A DNA stretch of 63,330 bases, counting the filler. It is 17 parts of 17 records of this genome, joined end to end, with 100 filler letters (N's around TTAATTAATTAA, not from the genome) between each part and the next. Parts side by side here need not be neighbours in the genome. Positions count along the whole stretch, not along the records: positions 1 to 2,240 come from SRR11831580_3846; positions 2,341 to 4,496 come from SRR11831580_3853; positions 4,597 to 7,817 come from SRR11831580_3861; positions 7,918 to 21,108 come from SRR11831580_3900; 13 more parts are not named here. One strand, 5' to 3'. The notes under the pieces were generated by a model. It was given only the letters and a program-made list of their open reading frames with translations, did not search any database and was not told the DNA's origin. The translations under genes were made by a program, and so were the position numbers. This document shows, piece after piece, positions 1 through 10,629 of this stretch. Position 1 is the first letter of the stretch, and each line of letters starts with the position of its first letter.

Positions 1-721
1 GGGGGCCATTATCAGCTTTCGTAGTAAAGACGAAATTTCCACCCTCAATGCGCAACTGACGCAAATAAAACAATACGTTGAGAGCCTTCGTACATTGCGA
101 CACGAGCATCTCAATTGGATGTCGACGCTCAATGGTCTGTTGCAGATGAAAGAGTATGATCGCGTGCTGGCGATGGTGCAGGGGGAGTCTCAGGCCCAGC
201 AACAGCTTATTGACAGCCTGCGCGAGGCGTTTGCCGATCGCCAGGTGGCGGGGCTGCTTTTTGGTAAAGTGCAGCGCGCCCGGGAACTGGGGCTAAAAAT
301 GATCATTGTCCCCGGTAGCCAGCTTTCGCAACTGCCGCCAGGACTGGATAGCACCGAGTTTGCAGCCATTGTGGGCAATTTACTTGATAACGCCTTCGAA
401 GCCAGCCTGCGTAGCGATGAAGGAAACAAGATCGTTGAATTATTCCTCAGCGATGAAGGCGATGATGTGGTGATTGAAGTCGCCGATCAGGGCTGCGGCG
501 TTCCAGAGTCTCTACGAGACAAAATATTTGAGCAGGGGGTCAGTACGCGTGCTGACGAGCCCGGTGAACATGGCATTGGGTTGTACTTGATTGCCAGCTA
601 CGTAACGCGCTGCGGTGGTGTTATCACTCTCGAAGATAATGATCCCTGCGGTACCTTATTTTCAATCTATATTCCGAAAGTGAAACCTAATGACAGCTCC
701 ATTAACCCTATTGATCGTTGA
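1..721 (+). CDS. dpiB: Citrate-sensing histidine kinase DpiB/CitA, 3' part (5' end outside the window)
   Basis: Open frame from nt 2; H-box RHEHLN, N-box GNLLDNAFEA, G1 DQGCG, G2 HGIGL; overlaps the dpiA start. Confidence 0.93.
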   Translation, partial: GAIISFRSKDEISTLNAQLTQIKQYVESLRTLRHEHLNWMSTLNGLLQMKEYDRVLAMVQGESQAQQQLIDSLREAFADRQVAGLLFGKVQRARELGLKMIIVPGSQLSQLPPGLDSTEFAAIVGNLLDNAFEASLRSDEGNKIVELFLSDEGDDVVIEVADQGCGVPESLRDKIFEQGVSTRADEPGEHGIGLYLIASYVTRCGGVITLEDNDPCGTLFSIYIPKVKPNDSSINPIDR

Positions 722-1370
722 GGACGAAACGCCGCTGGCAGAGATGCATGCGGAATATATTCGTCACATTCCCGGATTCAGTCAGATATTACTGGCGGGA
801 AATCTGGCGCAGGCCCGAATGATGATCGAGCGTTTTAAGCCGGGGCTAATCTTGCTCGATAACTATCTTCCTGACGGTAGAGGGATTAATTTACTGCATG
901 AACTGGTGCAGGCGCATTATCCCGGCGACGTGGTGTTTACCACTGCAGCCAGCGATATGGAAACGGTGTCTGAAGCCGTACGTTGTGGTGTATTTGATTA
1001 TCTCATTAAGCCCATTGCCTATGAACGGCTGGGGCAAACGCTAACCCGTTTCCGCCAGCGTAAACATATGCTGGAAAGTATTGATAGCGCCAGCCAGAAG
1101 CAAATTGATGAGATGTTTAATGCTTATGCTCGCGGTGAACCTAAGGACGAGCTACCGACCGGCATTGACCCCTTGACGCTAAACGCGGTGCGAAAACTGT
1201 TTAAAGAGCCTGGTGTGCAACATACGGCAGAAACGGTGGCGCAGGCACTGACCATCAGCCGCACCACTGCCAGGCGTTATCTTGAATATTGCGCCAGCCG
1301 CCATCTGATTATTGCTGAAATTGTTCACGGCAAAGTTGGCAGACCACAACGCATATACCACAGTGGGTGA
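690..1370 (+). CDS. dpiA: Response regulator DpiA/CitB
   Basis: 226 aa; receiver domain (IVEDE, LLDNYLPD) plus C-terminal HTH (SRTTARRYLEY). Confidence 0.95.
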   Translation: MTAPLTLLIVEDETPLAEMHAEYIRHIPGFSQILLAGNLAQARMMIERFKPGLILLDNYLPDGRGINLLHELVQAHYPGDVVFTTAASDMETVSEAVRCGVFDYLIKPIAYERLGQTLTRFRQRKHMLESIDSASQKQIDEMFNAYARGEPKDELPTGIDPLTLNAVRKLFKEPGVQHTAETVAQALTISRTTARRYLEYCASRHLIIAEIVHGKVGRPQRIYHSG

Positions 1371-1379
1371 CATGATAAA

Positions 1380-1402
1380 GCCGGAGGAAACTTGCCTCCG
1401 GC
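1380..1402. terminator. Hairpin between convergent dpiA and dcuC
   Basis: GCCGGAGG-aaacttg-CCTCCGGC, 8-bp stem. Confidence 0.65.
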
Positions 1403-1410
1403 ATTACTAT

Positions 1411-2240
1411 TTACTTGCCTGTGACCGCTGCTGCCGTTCCTGGCACCATCAGCTCTGTAGCAACGATAACAATCACCAAACCAACAAGCACCGGTACCGA
1501 GGTGCGTTTTACGACTTCAAACGGCGAGATCTTCGCCATCCCGGCAACCGCAACGACTACGCCAGAAACGGGCGAAAGGGTACGGCCAAGGTTTGACGCC
1601 TGCAGCATCGGGATAGTCAAATACGCCGGGTTAATGCCGGAAGAGTGCGCCAGTTTCGGGATCATCTCAACAAACGCATAAAACGGCGCATTGCCTGAAC
1701 CGGTCGTGACTGCCGCCAGCATTGTCAGAATCACCAATACCAGCATCAGGATGATACTCGCCGAACCAAACGAGGTAGCGATAGAAATCAGACTTTGAAT
1801 AAAGCCGATGGTGCTAAGCCCCTGAGCGAATACCCCAGCGGCAACCAGCAGCATCACCACGTTAGCAAACGCATCTGCCATCCCGCGATAAGCCACTTCC
1901 AGACCAGAGAAAACTTTCTGGGTATTAAAGCTGCGGAGGAACTCCAGAATGGAGGCAATCAGCATACAAATCACCAGAATAGTGATGATGTGTAATTGCG
2001 GACCCCATTTACCGTCAAAAATCAGTACACCGATGATCGGCGTGAACGGCAAAATGGCATAAAACGCAGGAGCAGTGGTGGTGATTTCACTGACATCTAA
2101 CATTTCATGAGAGATGTGCTCTTTTTTATCCAGATAACGTTGCCAGAAGAAGTGGGCGATCGCCATGCCGATAATTGCAGCAATTGAGATAGGCAGCGTC
2201 GTTTTGAAGGCGAAGTCAATCAGCGACATTTCGGAAGCTT
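1411..2240 (-). CDS. dcuC: Anaerobic C4-dicarboxylate transporter DcuC, 3' part (cut by contig end)
   Basis: Polytopic membrane ORF with TGSGNAPF and GRTLSPVSGVVVAVAG; convergent with dpiA as in E. coli. Confidence 0.92.
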
Positions 2241-2340
2241 NNNNNNNNNNNNNNNNNNNNNNNNNNNNNNNNNNNNNNNNNNNNTTAATTAATTAANNNN
2301 NNNNNNNNNNNNNNNNNNNNNNNNNNNNNNNNNNNNNNNN
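2241..2340. other. Artificial contig spacer (first of 16). Others: 4497-4596, 7818-7917, 21109-21208, 24594-24693, 29171-29270, 33309-33408, 36502-36601, 38708-38807, 41362-41461, 46616-46715, 49667-49766, 53316-53415, 55669-55768, 57799-57898, 60798-60897
   Basis: Identical 44N-TTAATTAATTAA-44N blocks; the 12-mer gives stops in all six frames; flanking genes are cut and unrelated. Confidence 0.98.
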
Positions 2341-2669
2341 AAACCGATAAATTCATCGAGGTTATGAATAAAAAAGATGCCGATACTTTCGCAGTCAAAG
2401 CCCCGATAACCGATCACGGAAGAACCGAGCATTTCTGGCTTACGGATGTCACTTATTCTAACGGCATGTTTATTGGCGTAATCAGCAATGACCCTGGTAT
2501 TGTTACAAACGTAGAATATGGCCAGGAGTGGAAAATCAAGAAAGAAGATATTTCAGACTGGATGTATACGCGCGGGGATAAAATTTACGGCGGTTATACC
2601 ATTGATCCTTTATTGGTCACCTATCCAAAAGAAGAAGCCGACGAGCTAAGAGCAAAATTAGTTCGCTAA
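2341..2669 (+). CDS. yegJ: DUF2314-family protein YegJ, 3' part
   Basis: EHFWL...ISNDP...ISDWMY...IYGGYTI motifs; convergent with pphC. Confidence 0.85.
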
Positions 2670-2695
2670 TCAGCCGTTATATTTATTGTTTAAAC

Positions 2696-2725
2696 TGGCG
2701 GTTGAATTGTTGTCTTCAACCGCCA
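2696..2725. terminator. Hairpin between convergent yegJ and pphC
   Basis: TGGCGGTTGAA-N8-TTCAACCGCCA. Confidence 0.6.
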
Positions 2726-2733
2726 TGAGAAAC

Positions 2734-3495
2734 TCACTCTGCCCACAGCGCCAGTGCCAACGTTTTATCATCATCCGTACGCTCGTTTACCGCCGGGCTG
2801 GACAAAAACTGCTTTAACAATTCAGGTAATAAATCGAGTTGTTCCTGCGTTGCTGCCGCCAGTCCATTGAAAAACGGGGTAAAGAAAGGCACATGAGGAG
2901 AATTATCCAGCATATTTAACGCCAGTCGCTGGATACCATCCGTAAATGCTGCAACTTTGTGCGCACGCCCAGTGCTGGTGAAAGTTTCCAGTCTGGAAAC
3001 GGCATCTTCGTCGGTAATGAAGTGCGTCATGTTGGCATATTCACCCGCCATCGGCGTGAGAGGCAATTGCAGACCGTGACCCAAATCTACCACCACGCCG
3101 CCATCGCCAATCTGCATAATCAAGGTGCCGTCAGGCGATGAAATCAGTCCCAGAAATGTGCAGGCAAAATCGCGAACCGCTAATTCTTTGGCTTCCGCCT
3201 CGGCAAAAAGTCGTTGACGAATGGTCAGTACCATATTTGTGGCGAGGACATCATTAAGCCCCAATTCCCCGCCCTGCACTTTTTGCGACATATAAGCCAT
3301 CGCTTCATTGACGGCGAGCATCGCGCCTTCGCCACCCTGCGAGACACTGCCTGCGCCATCAGCGACAAATACCGACAATAATGGCTGCTGGTCATTTAAC
3401 CAGGCAATCTGCATCTGGCAGGCATCCTGACAAGGCAAGTCCGCGCTGATGTGCGACGTTCCAACGGTTGATGCATAGACCAGACGCCAGCTCAC
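2734..3495 (-). CDS. pphC: PP2C-type Ser/Thr phosphatase PphC (YegK)
   Basis: 253 aa; PP2C motifs CQDA, VADGAGS, QIGDG, FTDG, DDKT. Confidence 0.92.
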
Positions 3496-4150
3496 ACTGA
3501 CGTCCAGCCTTTTGGCGCTTCCAGCACAACTTCCGTTCCCGGCGTGGAGCGGGAAACCGAACGCAGCGAACTGGATAACCAGCTAAACAGTTCACGGAAT
3601 TGTAATCCTTGCAGAGGCAAAGGCTGACGAACGCTAATTTGTGCCAGCGTCTTCATATCCGCCCCCTGAACACCGATGGAAAAGAAAGCAAACCTTTTAT
3701 CTTCTTCCCCCGAAACACTTTGTTGGCTGCAGCCTGCCACTCATCGGTTGGTGCACCATCGGTAATCAGGAAAATCCACGGGCGATAATACGAAATACCA
3801 TTTGCACGATACTCACGTTTCCGCTCCTCTACCATATCCAGGGCTTTGGTAATGGCCGCACCCATTGGTGTATCGCCCTGGGCAAACAGGATGGGCGGAA
3901 AAAAATTAGCGGCGCTGGTAAAGGGTTGTTCCACATGCACCGGGCCGAACGTCACAATGCCGAGTTCCACTCTTTTTAAAGCCAGCGGATCAGCAAGCAG
4001 TTCATCACGAAAGGTAACCAATCCGGCGTTAAGTTCATTAATAGGTCTACCGTTCATAGAACCAGAAACATCCAGCAGCAAAATGCAGGGGCAACGTGGT
4101 TCCGGGTTACTGGCAAAATCGCTGGTGGCAAACGTGATTTGTTCGCTCAT
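3492..4150 (-). CDS. yegL: vWA (TerY-like) protein YegL; apparent -1 frameshift at 3707-3711
   Basis: MIDAS motif DVSGS, plus GDTPMG and ITDGAP; ORFs 3653-4150 and 3492-3740 join into one 219-aa frame if one base is added to the C5 run. Confidence 0.9.
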
Positions 4151-4296
4151 AAGAAATCCTTTCTTAGAGAATTATCGAGGTCCGGTATCATACCGACTGC
4201 AATAATGAAATAAGAGCAAACGAAGAAACTTTCAGAATTAGGCCCGGCGGCGCAGAAAATTTTGCTATTCGCCTCGCAAGAACGGAGAGCCGTCGA

Positions 4297-4325
4297 TTGA
4301 CACTAAGGGCGGAGTGACATAATTT
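4297..4325 (+). promoter_or_regulatory. Sigma70 promoter of sibA
   Basis: TTGACA (4297-4302), 17-nt spacer, TAATTT (4320-4325) just upstream of the Sib sequence. Confidence 0.65.
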
Positions 4326-4332
4326 CAGGAGT

Positions 4333-4475
4333 GAGGGTTAGGGAGAGGTTTCCCCCTCCCCTGGTGTTCTTAGTAAGCCTGGAAGCTAATCACTAAGAGT
4401 ATCACCAGTATGATGACGTGCTTCATCATAACCCTTTCCTTATTAAAAGCCCTCTTCTCCGGGAGAGGCTTTCCC
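4333..4475 (+). ncRNA. sibA: SibA (RyeC) antisense antitoxin RNA of a type I toxin-antitoxin pair; ends approximate
   Basis: SIB/QUAD repeat fully antisense to ibsA; ends in hairpin AAAGCCCTCT...AGAGGCTTT; position next to yegL. Confidence 0.85.
4370..4429 (-). CDS. ibsA: IbsA toxic hydrophobic peptide MMKHVIILVILLVISFQAY (19 aa)
   Basis: Read manually on the minus strand with upstream AAGGAAAGGG RBS; below the ORF-track size cutoff. Confidence 0.93.
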   Translation of the reverse strand: MMKHVIILVILLVISFQAY

Positions 4476-4596
4476 GTTTCAGCGTCCCGCTGAAATNNNN
4501 NNNNNNNNNNNNNNNNNNNNNNNNNNNNNNNNNNNNNNNNTTAATTAATTAANNNNNNNNNNNNNNNNNNNNNNNNNNNNNNNNNNNNNNNNNNNN

Positions 4597-6532
4597 GACA
4601 GGAACATTTGTCAGCCACGCGCAGTTGCCCAAAGGTACGCGTCCACTAACGCTAAATTTTGACCAACAGTGCTGGCAGCCTGCGGATGCGATAAAACTCA
4701 ATCAGATGCTTTCCCTGCAACCTTGTAGCAACACGCCGCCTCAATGGCGATTGTTCAGGGACGGCGAATATACGCTGCAAATAGACACCCGCTCCGGTAC
4801 GCCAACATTGATGATTTCCATCCAGAACGCCGCCGAACCGGTAGCAAGCCTGGTCCGTGAATGCCCGAAATGGGATGGATTACCGCTCACAGTGGATGTC
4901 AGCGCCACTTTCCCGGAAGGAGCCGCCGTACGGGATTATTACAGCCAGCAAATTGCGATAGTGAAGAACGGTCAAATAATGTTACAACCCGCTGCCACCA
5001 GCAACGGTTTACTCCTGCTGGAACGGGCAGAAACTGACACATCCGCCCCTTTCGACTGGCATAACGCCACGGTTTACTTTGTGCTGACAGATCGTTTCGA
5101 AAACGGCGATCCCAGTAATGACCAGAGTTACGGACGTCATAAAGACGGTATGGCGGAAATTGGCACTTTTCACGGCGGCGATTTACGCGGCCTGACCAAC
5201 AAACTGGATTACCTCCAGCAGTTGGGCGTTAATGCTTTATGGATAAGCGCCCCATTTGAGCAAATTCACGGCTGGGTCGGCGGCGGTACAAAAGGCGATT
5301 TCCCGCATTATGCCTACCACGGTTATTACACACAGGACTGGACGAATCTTGATGCCAATATGGGCAACGAAGCCGATCTACGGACGCTGGTTGATAGCGC
5401 ACATCAGCGCGGTATTCGTATTCTCTTTGATGTCGTGATGAACCACACCGGCTATGCCACGCTGGCGGATATGCAGGAGTATCAGTTTGGCGCGTTATAT
5501 CTTTCTGGTGACGAAGTGAAAAAATCGCTGGGTGAACGCTGGAGCGACTGGAAACCTGCCGCCGGGCAAACCTGGCATAGCTTTAACGATTACATTAATT
5601 TCAGCGACAAAACAGGCTGGGATAAATGGTGGGGAAAAAACTGGATCAGAACGGATATCGGCGATTACGACAATCCTGGATTCGACGATCTCACTATGTC
5701 GCTAGCCTTTTTGCCGGATATCAAAACCGAATCAACTACCGCTTCTGGTCTGCCGGTGTTCTATAAAAACAAAATGGATACCCACGCCAAAGCCATTGAC
5801 GGCTATACGCCGCGCGATTACTTAACCCACTGGTTAAGTCAGTGGGTCCGCGACTATGGGATTGATGGTTTTCGGGTCGATACCGCCAAACATGTTGAGT
5901 TGCCCGCCTGGCAGCAACTGAAAACCGAAGCCAGCGCCGCGCTTCGCGAATGGAAAAAAGCTAACCCCGACAAAGCATTAGATGACAAACCTTTCTGGAT
6001 GACCGGTGAAGCCTGGGGCCACGGCGTGATGCAAAGTGACTACTATCGCCACGGCTTCGATGCGATGATCAATTTCGATTATCAGGAGCAGGCGGCGAAA
6101 GCAGTCGACTGTCTGGCGCAGATGGATACGACCTGGCAGCAAATGGCGGAGAAATTGCAGGGTTTCAACGTGTTGAGCTACCTCTCGTCGCATGATACCC
6201 GCCTGTTCCGTGAAGGGGGCGACAAAGCAGCAGAGTTATTACTATTAGCGCCAGGCGCGGTACAAATCTTTTATGGTGATGAATCCTCGCGTCCGTTCGG
6301 TCCTACAGGTTCTGATCCGCTGCAAGGTACACGTTCGGATATGAACTGGCAGGATGTTAGCGGTAAATCTGCCGCCAGCGTCGCGCACTGGCAGAAAATC
6401 AGCCAGTTCCGCGCCCGCCATCCCGCAATTGGCGCGGGCAAACAAACGACACTTTTGCTGAAGCAGGGCTACGGCTTTGTTCGTGAGCATGGCGACGATA
6501 AAGTGCTGGTCGTCTGGGCAGGGCAACAGTAA
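4597..6532 (+). CDS. malS: Periplasmic alpha-amylase MalS (N-terminus cut)
   Basis: GH13 motifs DVVMNH, GFRVDTAKH, GEAW, SSHD. Confidence 0.95.
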
Positions 6533-6538
6533 CTTTTC

Positions 6539-6571
6539 CGGCTTCCCGTTCGTCAGTACCTCGGGAAGCCG
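6539..6571 (+). terminator. Hairpin after malS
   Basis: CGGCTTCCCG...CGGGAAGCCG, 10-bp stem; no clear U-tract. Confidence 0.5.
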
Positions 6572-6709
6572 CCAACCAGGATAAAATGTCAGCCCTAATC
6601 AGCGTTGCAGGATAAAGCACCGCTCACTCTTCAACAGACCGATTTGCACCCCAGCAAATGTAGCGTTATTGTTACCTTCCTTGCTACAGAGTTCGACAGA
6701 TATCCCGCT

Positions 6710-7817
6710 ATGACATTCTCCCTTTTTGGTGACAAATTTACCCGCCACTCCGGCATTACGCTGTTGATGGAAGATCTGAACGACGGTTTACGCACGCCTG
6801 GCGCGATTATGCTCGGCGGCGGTAATCCGGCGCAGATCCCGGAAATGCAGGACTACTTCCAGACGCTACTGACCGACATGCTGGAAAGTGGCAAAGCGAC
6901 TGATGCACTGTGTAACTACGACGGTCCACAGGGGAAAACGGAGCTACTCACACTGCTTGCCGGAATGCTGCGCGAGAAGTTGGGTTGGGATATCGAACCA
7001 CAGAATATTGCACTAACAAACGGCAGCCAGAGCGCGTTTTTCTACTTATTTAACCTGTTTGCCGGACGCCGTGCCGATGGTCGGGTCAAAAAAGTGCTGT
7101 TCCCGCTTGCACCGGAATACATTGGCTATGCTGACGCCGGACTGGAAGAAGATCTGTTTGTCTCTGCGCGTCCGAATATTGAACTGCTGCCGGAAGGCCA
7201 GTTTAAATACCACGTCGATTTTGAGCATCTGCATATTGGCGAAGAAACCGGGATGATTTGCGTCTCCCGGCCGACGAATCCAACAGGCAATGTGATTACT
7301 GACGAAGAGTTGCTGAAGCTTGACGCGCTGGCGAATCAACACGGCATTCCGCTGGTGATTGATAACGCTTATGGCGTCCCGTTCCCGGGTATCATCTTCA
7401 GTGAAGCGCGCCCGCTATGGAATCCGAATATCGTGCTGTGCATGAGTCTTTCCAAGCTGGGTCTACCTGGCTCCCGCTGCGGCATTATCATCGCCAATGA
7501 AAAAATCATCACCGCCATCACCAATATGAACGGCATTATCAGCCTGGCACCTGGCGGTATTGGTCCGGCGATGATGTGTGAAATGATTAAGCGTAACGAT
7601 CTGCTGCGCCTGTCTGAAACAGTCATCAAACCGTTTTACTACCAGCGTGTTCAGGAAACTATCGCCATCATTCGCCGCTATTTACCGGAAAATCGCTGCC
7701 TGATTCATAAACCGGAAGGAGCCATTTTCCTCTGGCTATGGTTTAAGGATTTGCCCATTACGACCAAGCAGCTCTATCAGCGCCTGAAAGCACGCGGCGT
7801 GCTGATGGTGCCGGGGC
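6710..7817 (+). CDS. avtA: Valine-pyruvate aminotransferase AvtA (C-terminus cut)
   Basis: Starts MTFSLFGDKF; class I PLP motifs PTNPTG, IDNAY, SLSKLGLPGSR. Confidence 0.93.
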
Positions 7818-7917
7818 NNNNNNNNNNNNNNNNNNNNNNNNNNNNNNNNNNNNNNNNNNNNTTAATTAATTAANNNNNNNNNNNNNNNNNNNNNNNNNNN
7901 NNNNNNNNNNNNNNNNN

Positions 7918-8553
<636 letters not shown>

Positions 8554-8555
8554 AT

Positions 8556-8584
8556 AAACGGGAGGCGAAGGTGCCTCCCGTTTT
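8556..8584. terminator. Probable bidirectional intrinsic terminator envZ/pck
   Basis: AAACGGGAGGC-gaaggt-GCCTCCCGTTTT. Confidence 0.8.
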
Positions 8585-8628
8585 GCTTTCTATAAGATAC
8601 TGGATAGATATTCTCCAGCTTCAAATCA

Positions 8629-10251
8629 TTACAGTTTCGGACCAGCCGCTACCAGCGCGGCACCCGCAGGGGTGTCGGTGTATTTATCGAAGTTGTCGAT
8701 AAACAGTTTCGCCAGGGTTTCGGCTTTTTCCTGCCACTGTTCCGGAGAAGCGTAGGTGTTACGCGGATCGAGAATCTTCGTGTCTACGCCCGGCAGTTCG
8801 GTTGGGATCGCCAGGTTAAACATCGGCAGAGTGAAGGTTTCTGCATTATCCAGCGAACCGTTGAGGATGGCGTCGATAATGGCGCGGGTATCTTTAATCG
8901 AGATACGTTTGCCAGTGCCGTTCCAGCCAGTGTTAACCAGATAAGCCTGCGCGCCCGCCGCCTGCATACGTTTCACCAGCACTTCTGCGTACTGAGTCGG
9001 GTGCAGCGACAGGAATGCCGCGCCGAAGCAAGCGGAGAAGGTTGGCGTCGGTTCGGTGATGCCACGCTCAGTACCGGCCAGTTTGGCGGTGAAGCCAGAG
9101 AGGAAGTGATACTGGGTTTGATCGGCAGTCAGGCGAGAAACCGGCGGCAACACGCCGAAAGCATCAGCAGTCAGGAAGATAACCTTAGTCGCGTGGCCCG
9201 CTTTGGAAACCGGCTTAACAATGTTATCGATGTGATAGATCGGATAAGAAACGCGGGTGTTCTCGGTTTTTGAACCATCATCAAAGTCGATAGTGCCATC
9301 TTCACGCACGGTGACGTTTTCCAGCAACGCATCACGACGGATAGCGTTGTAGATTTCAGGTTCCGCTTCTTTCGACAGCTTGATAGTTTTTGCGTAGCAG
9401 CCGCCTTCGAAGTTAAACACGCCGTCATCGTCCCAGCCGTGTTCGTCATCGCCAATCAGGCGACGTTTCGGGTCGGTGGAAAGGGTGGTTTTACCGGTGC
9501 CGGAAAGGCCGAAGAACACCGCAACATCGCCTTTCTCACCAACGTTGGCGGAGCAGTGCATAGAAGCGATACCTTTCAGCGGCAGCAGGTAGTTCATCAT
9601 CGAGAACATCCCTTTCTTCATTTCGCCGCCGTACCAGGTGCCGCCAATCAGCTGCATGCGCTCGGTCAGGTTAAACGCCACGAAGTTTTCGGAGTTGAGA
9701 CCCTGTTCTTTCCACTGCGGGTTAGTGCACTTCGCGCCGTTCATAACGATAAAGTCTGGTTTGAAACCTGCCAGTTCTTCATCGCTCGGGCGAATAAACA
9801 TGTTTTTGACAAAATGCGCCTGCCAGGCCACTTCGGTGATGAAACGGACGGAAAGACGAGTATCCGGGTTCGCACCACAGAAAGCGTCGACAACGAACAG
9901 ACGTTTGCCGGAAAGCTGCCTGGTCACCAGGCCTTTCAGATGCTGCCAGGTTTCCGGAGAGAGAGGTTTGTTGTCGTTCTTACCTTTGCCTTTGTCTGCC
10001 CACCAGAAAGTATCGCGAGTGGTATCGTCACGGACGATATACTTATCTTTTGGTGAACGACCGGTGAAGATCCCGGTATCGACGGCAACGGCACCCAGAT
10101 TAGTTAACACCCCGCGCTCATAACCTGTCAGGCTCGGATCGAGCTCTTCCTGATACAGCAGGTCGTAGCTTGGGTTGTAAACGATATCATGTACGTCACT
10201 GATACCATAAGCCTCGAGTTCTTGCGGGGTCAAACCATTGTTAACGCGCAT
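8629..10251 (-). CDS. pck: PEP carboxykinase (ATP), 540 aa
   Basis: Starts MRVNNG after a GGAG RBS; P-loop [16 protein letters not shown]. Confidence 0.97.
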   Translation of the reverse strand: MRVNNGLTPQELEAYGISDVHDIVYNPSYDLLYQEELDPSLTGYERGVLTNLGAVAVDTGIFTGRSPKDKYIVRDDTTRDTFWWADKGKGKNDNKPLSPETWQHLKGLVTRQLSGKRLFVVDAFCGANPDTRLSVRFITEVAWQAHFVKNMFIRPSDEELAGFKPDFIVMNGAKCTNPQWKEQGLNSENFVAFNLTERMQLIGGTWYGGEMKKGMFSMMNYLLPLKGIASMHCSANVGEKGDVAVFFGLSGTGKTTLSTDPKRRLIGDDEHGWDDDGVFNFEGGCYAKTIKLSKEAEPEIYNAIRRDALLENVTVREDGTIDFDDGSKTENTRVSYPIYHIDNIVKPVSKAGHATKVIFLTADAFGVLPPVSRLTADQTQYHFLSGFTAKLAGTERGITEPTPTFSACFGAAFLSLHPTQYAEVLVKRMQAAGAQAYLVNTGWNGTGKRISIKDTRAIIDAILNGSLDNAETFTLPMFNLAIPTELPGVDTKILDPRNTYASPEQWQEKAETLAKLFIDNFDKYTDTPAGAALVAAGPKL

Positions 10252-10369
10252 TTCACTGCTCCTTAGCCAATATGTATTGCCTGAATAGTAAAGTCTTTTT
10301 GGGGGTGTTAACCGCGACAAGGCTCATAGATTTACGTATCTGGAGAAATTCATATTTGACAAAAAACTC

Positions 10370-10385
10370 CGTGATTCCTGTCACG
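10370..10385. promoter_or_regulatory. CRP site upstream of pck
   Basis: CGTGA-N6-TCACG palindrome. Confidence 0.7.
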
Positions 10386-10523
10386 AAACGGTTGCTATTA
10401 TCGCAGAAATAGCATTTTAGGTGTGGAAAATGTTCTCAAAAGGTTAAATCTTGGTTTATATGGCGGGAATATTGTGAGTGGAATCGCATTCCTGAATGAA
10501 ATTGATGCAAATTCAACCGGTAA

Positions 10524-10537
10524 AGTATCGATTCACC
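10524..10537 (-). promoter_or_regulatory. Cra (FruR) site in the pck-yhgE intergenic region
   Basis: GGTGAATCGATACT on the minus strand fits the RSTGAAWCSNTHHW consensus; Cra is a known pck activator. Confidence 0.6.
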
Positions 10538-10629
10538 ACGCTAACTTTTTTTGATTATTTTCTGAAAAAAGCAAAATACTACTGCCCGGATGCGATAATT
10601 AACCCACCTTTTGATTCTGGATAACCAAC

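Noticed and set aside
2285..2296. Recurring TTAATTAATTAA read as a repeat array, CRISPR or PacI engineering
   Set aside because: It is always centred in 44+44 N, so it is an assembly joiner with stops in six frames.
6586..6615. Nine-codon ORF MSALISVAG upstream of avtA, read as an attenuator leader
   Set aside because: Short RBS spacing, no run of control codons, no downstream terminator, and it lies upstream of a plausible avtA promoter near 6644-6672.
6605..6709. Extended N-termini in the ORF track (avtA, and likewise pck, yrfG, mrcA, frdB, rhaR, ypjA, lacA)
   Set aside because: These are longest-ORF artefacts; downstream starts give the known protein lengths, several with a clear RBS.
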